From positions 1 to 26,592 of IMG/VR virus record IMGVR_UViG_3300037991_006185: 26,592 bases of DNA; one strand, 5' to 3'. Shown in pieces: positions 18,401 through 23,437 of this stretch. Made by a program: the position numbers and the translations under genes. The notes under the pieces were generated by a model, which saw only the letters and a list, made by a program, of their open reading frames with translations, was not told the origin of the DNA and did no database searches. The first letter of the stretch is position 1, and each line of letters opens with the position of its first letter. The DNA is from a virus. Taxonomy: Duplodnaviria > Caudoviricetes.

Positions 18401-19202
18401 ATCCAGATGTTCCTGATGTTCCTGAGTTACCTGATGAACCCGATGAACCTGATGAACCTGATGAACCACTAGTTCCTGTATTACCTGATGAACCTGAAGA
18501 ACCACTTGAACCTGATGAACCGGATGTACCTGATGTTCCTGAATTACCTGACGAACCTGATGAACCTGATGAACCTGAAGTACCATCATCACCTGAAGAA
18601 CCTGAAGATCCCGAAGATCCACTTGATCCTGATGTACCTGATGTTCCTGAGTTACCTGATGAACCTGATGAACCACTTGATCCTGATGAACCGGATGTAC
18701 CTGATGCATCTTGTCCAGAAGAACCAGATGAACCACTTGAACCTGATGTACCAGTATTACCTGAAGATCCACTTGAACCTGATGATCCTGAAGAACCTGA
18801 AGAACCTGAAGTACTATCTACACCTGAAGAACCTGAAGTACCATCTCCACCTGAAGAACCAGATGAACCAGATGAACCAGATGAACCTGAAGTACCTGAT
18901 CCTGCATTAACATTTACAGTTGCTACTCCACCACCACTATCAGTTACACTAATAGCTGTTCCAGTAAAATTCATTTGAGCAGTAGAAGCTACTACTGTTG
19001 TACCATTTTTAGATGTTATTAAACTTGAACTTGTTATACCTGAAAGATCTATTGTTCTTTTTAAAACATCAGCACCATTATTACTATAAAATAAGAGTTG
19101 ATTACCAGATAAGGCTACATCAAATAAGAGGGTAGAAAAATTATTATCTACCTCAGCAAAAGTTAACTCAGAACCCTTTGTTTGTCTTAAAATTATAGCC
19201 AT
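9459..19202 (-). CDS. Giant Gly-X-Y (Ser/Thr/Asn/Asp) repeat fibre protein with six spacer domains and C-terminal Peptidase_S74 intramolecular chaperone, 3247 aa
   Basis: N-terminal LRQTKGSELTFAEVDNNF (fibre-anchor-like); seven GSS/GTS/GNS/GND tracts; C-terminal SDRRWKENI...GVIAQE...GYKAVQYEKIVALLIEAIKEL coiled coil (9462-9758). Confidence 0.85.
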   Translation of the reverse strand: MAIILRQTKGSELTFAEVDNNFSTLLFDVALSGNQLLFYSNNGADVLKRTIDLSGITSSSLITSKNGTTVVASTAQMNFTGTAISVTDSGGGVATVNVNAGSGTSGSSGSSGSSGSSGGDGTSGSSGVDSTSGSSGSSGSSGSSGSSGNTGTSGSSGSSGSSGQDASGTSGSSGSSGSSGSSGNSGTSGTSGSSGSSGSSGSSGDDGTSGSSGSSGSSGNSGTSGTSGSSGSSGSSGSSGNTGTSGSSGSSGSSGSSGNSGTSGTSGSSGSSGSSGSSGDDGTSGSSGSSGSSGSSGNSGTSGSSGSSGSSGSSGNTGTSGSSGSSGSSGSSGTSGTSGSSGSSGSSGSSGNSGTSGSSGSSGSSGTDGTSGTDGTSGTSGSSGSSGSSGSSGNDGTSGSSGSSGTDGTSGTDGTSGSSGSSGSSGSSGNSGTSGSSGSSGSSGNDGTSGSSGSSGTDGTSGNDGTSGSSGSSGSSGSSGNDGTSGSSGSSGSSGSSGNDGTSGSSGSSGTDGTSGNDGTSGSSGSSGSSGSSGNSGTSGSSGSSGSSGSSGTDGTSGNDGTSGSSGSSGSSGSSGNDGTSGSSGSSGSSGSSGNDGTSGSSGSSGSSGSSGNDGTSGSSGNDGTSGSSGSSGSSGSSGNDGTSGSSGSSGSSGSSGNDGTSGSSGSSGSSGSSGNSGTSGSSGSSGSSGSSGTSGTSGTSGIDAAQNFPMIFQSNTGATLSSGEFKFNNATQNLATQVSYFNVDDDGTSIPNPSMPGSLTMNQNPLMRFEYTSISNVGDVITLAGSITESSSANPFSNGSTVNFSFLPYGQDGTSGSSGSSGSSGNSGTSGSSGSSGSSGSSGNDGTSGSSGSSGSSGSSGNSGTSGSSGSSGSSGNDGTSGSSGSSGSSGTDGTSGNDGTSGSSGSSGSSGSSGNDGTSGSSGSSGSSGTDGTSGNDGTSGSSGSSGSSGSSGNDGTSGSSGSSGSSGSSGNSGTSGSSGSSGSSGSSGNSGTSGSSGSSGSSGSSGSSGLQGGIKYNFSTTVGGTTTSGQLRFDNADAEQAGNVIINDVDALTQNQSGYLESFDDAGFADNRGYLVITKADGSVGFASYTVNAIASTSNNQVTLEVAFLASNSSTPFSNADKVSIQFSSTGTAGTSGSSGSSGSSGSSGNDGDNGTSGSSGSSGSSGSSGNSGTSGSSGSSGSSGSSGNSGTSGSSGSSGSSGSSGNDGTSGSSGSSGSSGSSGNDGNDGTSGSSGSSGSSGNSGTSGSSGSSGSSGTDGTSGNDGNDGTSGSSGSSGSSGSSGNDGNDGTSGSSGSSGSSGSSGNDGNDGTSGSSGSSGSSGTDGTSGNDGTSGSSGSSGSSGNSGTSGSSGSSGSSGSSGNSGTSGSSGSSGSSGSSGNDGNDGTSGSSGSSGSSGSSGNSGTSGSSGSSGSSGSSGNSGTSGSSGSSGSSGSSGSSGLKGGISYNFSSTVGGTTTSGQLRFSNADAELVGQVTINDTDSLGNAQGGYLETFDDAGFTNNRGYLVIQKSTGGTGFATYKVKSITSTASNQVVFAVDFIASDGNTPFSNADKIVINFSATGEAGTSGSSGSSGSSGNSGTSGSSGSSGSSGSSGNSGTSGSSGSSGSSGSSGNSGTSGSSGSSGSSGSSGTDGTSGNDGTSGSSGSSGSSGSSGNDGTSGSSGSSGSSGNSGTSGSSGSSGSSGSSGNDGNNGTSGSSGSSGSSGSSGNDGTSGSSGSSGSSGSSGNSGTSGSSGSSGSSGSSGNSGTSGSSGSSGSSGSSGSSGKQPGIQWRFTTATSANPSSGVFAFNSGTFGSITQIYVNEEAIGSVDADAFLGSWDDAGNSNSEGYLYLTTAADSTEFTVFKVTAAAKASSVYSFTVTPLTTSDSIPFSGADNVAFIWAQSGNDGNDGTSGSSGSSGSSGSSGNSGTSGSSGSSGSSGSSGNSGTSGSSGSSGSSGSSGNSGTSGTSGSSGSSGSSGSSGNSGTSGSSGSSGSSGSSGNDGNNGTSGSSGSSGSSGSSGNDGNDGTSGSSGSSGSSGNSGTSGSSGSSGSSGSSGNSGTSGSSGSSGSSGSSGDDGNDGTSGSSGSSGSSGSSGNSGTSGSSGSSGSSGSSGNSGTSGSSGSSGSSGSSGSSGDRGGVPYQFDSQGTTITSGEIFFNTDELKINQVSQAGVNMTDWIDSWDDTGNNTTGRGIVTVQDKDSTGAEIAILKIVSAGSKSGGVYTFTIDPLVDTDFTNGDSVVIDFVNIGNSGTSGSSGSSGSSGSSGNSGTSGSSGSSGSSGSSGNSGTSGSSGSSGSSGSSGDDGNNGTSGSSGSSGSSGNSGTSGSSGSSGSSGSSGNDGNNGTSGSSGSSGSSGSSGNDGNNGTSGSSGSSGSSGSSGNSGTSGSSGNSGTSGSSGSSGSSGSSGNSGTSGSSGSSGSSGSSGNSGTSGSSGSSGSSGSSGDDGNNGTSGSSGSSGSSGSSGNSGTSGSSGSSGSSGSSGNSGTSGSSGSSGSSGNSGTSGSDGNNGGLLYEFEANTNTGASPSPQEFRLNNNTVADITQIAIRDEDGTGGDVRDYLLSWDDNGNANNRGTIIIRNILQANQEDFVIFTVKGSAGTGVSNTIQYSLTYVEGIRPTAGQKYTILFVPTGLSGTSGSSGSSGSSGSSGNSGTSGSSGSSGSSGSSGNSGTSGSSGSSGSSGSSGNSGTSGSSGNSGTSGSSGSSGSSGSSGNSGTSGSSGSSGSSGDDGNNGTSGSSGSSGNSGTSGNDGNNGTSGSSGSSGSSGNSGTSGSSGSSGSSGSSGNSGTSGSSGSSGSSGNDGNNGNNGTSGSSGSSGSSGNSGTSGNDGNNGNNGTSGSSGSSGSSGNSGTSGNDGNNGTSGSSGSSGSSGNDGNNGNNGTSGSSGSSGSSGNDGNNGNSGTSGSSGSSGNSGTSGNDGNNGNNGTSGSSGSSGSSGSSGNDGNNGNNGTSGSSGSSGSSGNDGNNGNSGTSGSSGSSGNDGNNGNNGTSGSSGSSGNDGNDGNSGTSGSSGSSGNDGNDGNNGNNGTSGSSGNDGNNGNNGTSGSSGNDGNDGNNGNNGTSGSSGNDGNDGNNGNNGTSGSSGSSGSSGSSGNDGATGPIGGSNTQVIYNNGGSAAGSSDLVFANSTGQLTAERLRVGLGAATVSTDGMIRAENDIIAFSSSDRRWKENIKSIENALDKVSQISGNTFDWKELTDEEIRSQHSNKGSDVGVIAQEIEKVLPEIVTTRPNGYKAVQYEKIVALLIEAIKELKAEVNELKKK
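9939..18903 (-). repeat. Seven coding tracts of degenerate 9-nt tandem repeat (approx. 9939-11355, 11724-12501, 12837-13535, 13896-14510, 14874-15804, 16167-16776, 17098-18903)
   Basis: Plus strand shows units such as cctgatgaa/cctgaagat/ccacttgaa/ccatcatta with 9-nt period, encoding Gly-X-Y on the minus strand. Confidence 0.95.
14802..16135. repeat. 41-nt exact direct repeat (14802-14842 and 16095-16135) within duplicated spacer domains
   Basis: aaatcttaattgacctgatgttgtagtaccccctactgttg occurs at both positions, 1293 nt apart; other shorter identical blocks follow. Confidence 0.9.
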
Positions 19203-19215
19203 TAATCTAGTTTAA

Positions 19216-19225
19216 TTATAAATAT
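19216..19225 (-). promoter_or_regulatory. Putative late-promoter motif ATATTTATAA upstream of giant fibre gene
   Basis: 13 nt upstream of ATG 19202. Confidence 0.6.
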
Positions 19226-19242
19226 AATATTATTATAAAAAA

Positions 19243-20196
19243 TTATGTTCTATCTACAAAACTTGCTGGGTTATTGTCTGTATGTATTGATAACCTAGGG
19301 TTTGAAGATGTATTTGTTTCTGGTAATCTATCTACCATTTCCATATTAAATATTATTTGTGTTGCATTACTTACTTTTTTTACTGATGATAATTCTTTTT
19401 GTATAGTATCTGGTATTAAATATCCATTTAATTTTAGTGAAAAATTTGTTTTAACTAATCTATTACCTGCTGTAACTATTTCAACAGATGTAGCATAACT
19501 ATCAATACGAGCATTAAATTGAAATCTTTCAGGATTACCCCAATATGAATCAGAAGCATAATTCATTGCTTCTACTATTTTATTCATTTGTTCTACATAA
19601 TAAGTAGATATAATAAAATCATAATTTAAAGTAACATAATCAGGCATTACTACTGCATATGATTCTTTTTTAGGGATTCTATTATTTAGAATATCAAAAT
19701 TATCATATGTGTTTTTAGGACTATATTGCTTTTGAAATAATTGAACATTATTTGGATAATTTGCATCTATTTTATTTGCTATACTTCTATTTTTTTCTAC
19801 ACTTACACGTTTGTAAGTTATAACAGGCATCATTATTTTACCTTTTACATCTCTAAAATAACCTTCTTTTTGTACTTGAGCCCATCTTTCAGGTGAACCA
19901 TAATAAATAGGTACTTTTTGTTCTACACCATTTTGCATTACAGTAGGTTTAATTATATTTTCCATATAATAAACTATAGCTTCATCATTTTCTTTTAAAC
20001 CAAGTGAAAATGGTTTTGTTTTATCATCTCTAAATGATACATGATTACCTCTATTAGTTCTACCATCTGGTCCTACTCCATCTAAGTTAGGATTTTCATT
20101 AACTCTACCATCAGGATAAACATAAGGTTGTTGAGAGGGAGTTTGTAGTAATATCTCCCTTTGTGTTTTTGGTCTAGGTGTTTTTTGATTTGCCAT
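19243..20196 (-). CDS. Tail terminator / sheath stabiliser (T4 gp15-like), 317 aa
   Basis: KVPIYYGSPERW, MPVITYKR, MPDYVTLNYDF..STYY.EQMN.IVE resemble gp15 blocks; follows gp13- and gp14-like genes. Confidence 0.7.
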   Translation of the reverse strand: MANQKTPRPKTQREILLQTPSQQPYVYPDGRVNENPNLDGVGPDGRTNRGNHVSFRDDKTKPFSLGLKENDEAIVYYMENIIKPTVMQNGVEQKVPIYYGSPERWAQVQKEGYFRDVKGKIMMPVITYKRVSVEKNRSIANKIDANYPNNVQLFQKQYSPKNTYDNFDILNNRIPKKESYAVVMPDYVTLNYDFIISTYYVEQMNKIVEAMNYASDSYWGNPERFQFNARIDSYATSVEIVTAGNRLVKTNFSLKLNGYLIPDTIQKELSSVKKVSNATQIIFNMEMVDRLPETNTSSNPRLSIHTDNNPASFVDRT

Positions 20197-20197
20197 A

Positions 20198-20797
20198 TTA
20201 TACGTATCTTGCTTGAGTTAAACCTAATTTATCTGCTTGTACATAATGAGTTTTACATATTATTGATATATTTGAACCATATGCACTTAAATCTCCAGGA
20301 CCATCTGCTAAATTAATTACATTTGGATTATTAGGATAATCTGGATTTTTACCTGCAAAATATTGATTTGCTATTACTTCATGTACTTCATAATAACCAC
20401 CATTATATGTAATAACATCACCTACTTGTGGGACTAAATCTGCTCCATATCCTGTTCCTGGTAGACCAGTATAACTATTACCTTTATTATCAAAATTATT
20501 AAAATCTTCTCCAGCACCTAATAAGTCATCTCTTAAGAAACTAAATTGTACTGCTTTATCATAATCAGTTCCTAAATCTGTTTCTGGGTAAACATTGTCT
20601 GTTCTTTCTACTAGACAGTTAAGTAATACAGGTCCTATGTAATATTTTTCACCCGCTGCTTCTCCATATAAATTAATTTTTGTTTCTTCTAATTTATATT
20701 TGTAGTAACCACATTGTTCGGTAATAATGTCAGCCATTAACTCCCGACTCATATGCCTAAAAAGGCTTACGTCTCTTTGTGTTCCAAATAATGCCAT
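20198..20797 (-). CDS. Neck / head-closure protein (T4 gp14-like), 199 aa
   Basis: NLYGEA and PQVGDVITY.G.YYEV motifs; position between gp13-like and gp15-like genes; TAA-T-ATG coupling on both sides. Confidence 0.7.
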   Translation of the reverse strand: MALFGTQRDVSLFRHMSRELMADIITEQCGYYKYKLEETKINLYGEAAGEKYYIGPVLLNCLVERTDNVYPETDLGTDYDKAVQFSFLRDDLLGAGEDFNNFDNKGNSYTGLPGTGYGADLVPQVGDVITYNGGYYEVHEVIANQYFAGKNPDYPNNPNVINLADGPGDLSAYGSNISIICKTHYVQADKLGLTQARYV

Positions 20798-20798
20798 A

Positions 20799-21983
20799 TT
20801 ATCCTATATATATTACACGAGGAACTCTATCTAATTCTTCCATTACGAAGTTAGACTCCATTGTTCTTCTTTCTAATAACTTTTCTCTTGAGGTTTCATC
20901 AAAAAACGCTCTTAATGAAGCTAATAATGCTTCTTTTTCTTCCCTAGCTGCTGCTATTAAATCTGCTTGGTTAAGTGTTATTTCAGCATTTGGAATAGGT
21001 ACTGTTTCATATTTACCTCTAATATATCCTAACATTTCTTTACATATAGCTAAAGTAAATTCAAATATCCAACTTCTACCTACTGAGTTAATATCTTCGT
21101 ATTTAGGGTTTTTATATGGTACCCCACTTACCATTTTAATTTTATCATAAGCTTCAACTATTGATGCTGATGATCTATCTGATTTTAACATAAATTCAAC
21201 CCACATATTTCCACAACTAGTTGATCCTGAAGTTTGATTAGAAGGTACTGGGAATACTCTTAATACATTATCGTGCATTTCAAATGAATAATTAGATAGT
21301 CTAACTGAGTCATTCATTTCAATTTGTTGAATAATAGCCATATCATAATTTAAAGGCATCATAAGATATCCTCCTCCATAACCAAATCCTCCTAAACCAC
21401 CTACACCATCTATTCCTGCTGCTACAGCTCCACCTAAACCAAATCCAAAACCATCATATGAGTTCATAAATGTAGCAGATGGTGGGCTTGGATTTTCATA
21501 AAATACTCTCATGATTTCAATATCATTACTTTGAGTAAATCCATTTTGAGCTGCTATAGCATCTAAATCATAATCTTGTACACTATGTGTTAATGGAACT
21601 GCCATTTTTCTCCAAGGTACATTTCCACCTGTTCCTGCTTCAGCACCATATTGTTCTGAATAGTCTATTATTCTACCTAAATTTGGGGTAACAATTGATT
21701 CTTCTATTTCTATACTTGATTTAGCTCCTTCTAATGTTAAATAATTTTCTCTAATTTTATAAGCATATAATTCATTACCATATACAGTTACTGCTTCTTC
21801 AAAAGCAGCATAAATATTTATAGCTTGTAATTCAATTTCAACTAAAGGATAACCTAACCTTCTAGTAACAAAAGTACAAACTTTATCTGCATCTTTTTCA
21901 AATGCAGGATCTTTATCATAAAATCCAAAAGGAGTATCTCCAGGGTGAAAGGAACTTGAGCCGGGCCAAATTGGTATATTCAT
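20799..21983 (-). CDS. Neck / head-tail adaptor protein (T4 gp13-like), 394 aa
   Basis: RRLGYPLVEIEL near the N-terminus; WIFEFTLAICKEMLGYIRGKY..VPIPNAEITLN.ADL near the C-terminus. Confidence 0.75.
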   Translation of the reverse strand: MNIPIWPGSSSFHPGDTPFGFYDKDPAFEKDADKVCTFVTRRLGYPLVEIELQAINIYAAFEEAVTVYGNELYAYKIRENYLTLEGAKSSIEIEESIVTPNLGRIIDYSEQYGAEAGTGGNVPWRKMAVPLTHSVQDYDLDAIAAQNGFTQSNDIEIMRVFYENPSPPSATFMNSYDGFGFGLGGAVAAGIDGVGGLGGFGYGGGYLMMPLNYDMAIIQQIEMNDSVRLSNYSFEMHDNVLRVFPVPSNQTSGSTSCGNMWVEFMLKSDRSSASIVEAYDKIKMVSGVPYKNPKYEDINSVGRSWIFEFTLAICKEMLGYIRGKYETVPIPNAEITLNQADLIAAAREEKEALLASLRAFFDETSREKLLERRTMESNFVMEELDRVPRVIYIG

Positions 21984-21994
21984 CTATTTTATTT

Positions 21995-23329
21995 TTAATT
22001 AGTTGCTACTGGTGCATTAACTAATACATATTCAACATCTACACTACCAGTAAGAGCATAAACTGAAATGAATTCTATATCTTGTTCAAATATTCCATTA
22101 AATTTACTTCCTGAACAATTAGGGCTTGAAAACATAATTGATGAAGTAGGTAAACATTCCATCGTCCAGTAACTTTTAGTTCCTGTAAGTGAAAAATCAT
22201 TTGTGTCTAGTGTATAAACTAAATCAGCTGTTGAATTACCTATATTAGCTTTATTTACTGTTATTTGTTCCCCTACAGCATATCCACTTCCTCCTGTTTG
22301 TATTGTTACTTCTACAGGTCTTACTTCTAAATTACCTGCAACTAATGCTGGTAAAGTGTTAGATACAGATGTTGCTAAATCAGCTGCTGTTATTCTACCT
22401 TTATAATCACCACTAGCACCTCCAAATCCTAAACTTTGTAAAGTTGCTTCTTTAATAATAAATTCTTGATCAGCTTGAAATTCTTTACCTACAGCATTTA
22501 CTATTACTGTATTAATTACATTACCTGATGAATTAACATTAACTGTTGCTCCTTGCCCTGTTGATGTAACAATAGGAATATTATTAACTGTTGTATCATT
22601 ATCTACTGTAGGAATTGTTACATTAGTTAATGTATTTCCTTTTATTAAATTACCATTAGATAAAGCTCCTGCTGGGATTACTAATTGGTCTCCTATTGTA
22701 TATCCTGAACCTGAGGTAACAAATTCTAGTTGCGTATATGTTGGTATAGAAGCGTCGTTACCTGCTCCAGCTGTAACTGTTACAGAACCCGTTGCTCCTG
22801 TTCCTGTTCCACCTGTTAACGCTACATTATATGTACCAATTGCAGCTAAAGTTGTTGCTACTGGAGTTAATGTTATTAATGGATCTGATTTTAATGTTTC
22901 ATCTGTTATTACTTGTAATGTCATTCCACTACCACTTATAGATGATGTTGTTGGTAAATTTGAATATTTACCTGCTGTGCCACCTATTCCACCACTTGTA
23001 TAAGATCCACTTAAATCTGCTCCTACTTTACCTGTTTCTGATTCACCATTTGAAGAAGTAAATGTTACTGCTAAACGATTAGTATCATCCATATTTGTTA
23101 TTCTTCCATAAGCTATACTATACGAAGGAAATAAAGCAGGACCTGGGGTTAGTCCATTTGTGTTAATTAAGTCTACATTTGTATCTGCTGGTACTGTAAC
23201 AATTCTTCTATCATAATTTGTTACATTAGGTATTCTATATAAATTTTCATTTACAGTTCTTATACCATTTATTACATGATCTTCTTTAATAAATACCTTG
23301 AATTCAGAAGGAGTTACAGTTGATGCCAT
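21995..23329 (-). CDS. Putative virion structural/decoration protein, 444 aa, with ~290 aa of GxGY beta-modules
   Basis: Between capsid and neck genes; own upstream motif; Thr/Gly/Val-rich, with SGSGYTIGDQLVI and GGSGYAVGEQITV. Confidence 0.7.
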   Translation of the reverse strand: MASTVTPSEFKVFIKEDHVINGIRTVNENLYRIPNVTNYDRRIVTVPADTNVDLINTNGLTPGPALFPSYSIAYGRITNMDDTNRLAVTFTSSNGESETGKVGADLSGSYTSGGIGGTAGKYSNLPTTSSISGSGMTLQVITDETLKSDPLITLTPVATTLAAIGTYNVALTGGTGTGATGSVTVTAGAGNDASIPTYTQLEFVTSGSGYTIGDQLVIPAGALSNGNLIKGNTLTNVTIPTVDNDTTVNNIPIVTSTGQGATVNVNSSGNVINTVIVNAVGKEFQADQEFIIKEATLQSLGFGGASGDYKGRITAADLATSVSNTLPALVAGNLEVRPVEVTIQTGGSGYAVGEQITVNKANIGNSTADLVYTLDTNDFSLTGTKSYWTMECLPTSSIMFSSPNCSGSKFNGIFEQDIEFISVYALTGSVDVEYVLVNAPVATN

Positions 23330-23338
23330 AGGTTTTTG

Positions 23339-23348
23339 TTATAAATAT
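23339..23348 (-). promoter_or_regulatory. Putative late-promoter motif ATATTTATAA upstream of 444-aa gene
   Basis: 9 nt upstream of ATG 23329, just after the capsid terminator. Confidence 0.55.
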
Positions 23349-23368
23349 TAAAAAGAAAATTAAATCAT

Positions 23369-23395
23369 AAAAAAAAGCCCTGCTAATGCAGGGCT
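23369..23395 (-). terminator. Intrinsic terminator after major capsid gene
   Basis: Perfect 8-bp stem AGCCCTGC-ATTA-GCAGGGCT followed by a T7 run on the minus strand. Confidence 0.9.
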
Positions 23396-23437
23396 CTTTT
23401 AAAAATAATATACTAAATATTTTAATATAATTAAATA

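Noticed and set aside
9939-18903. Possible CRISPR array or satellite DNA
   Set aside because: No constant repeat with unique spacers; variation is mostly synonymous in one reading frame, so it is coding repeat.
9941-18910. Many long alternative-frame ORFs (QVHQDLQ-rich on minus; PDDPEEP- and MILKNL-rich on plus)
   Set aside because: Shadows of the 9-nt repeat: they are largely confined to the tracts, end at or shortly inside the spacer domains, and have no expression signals.
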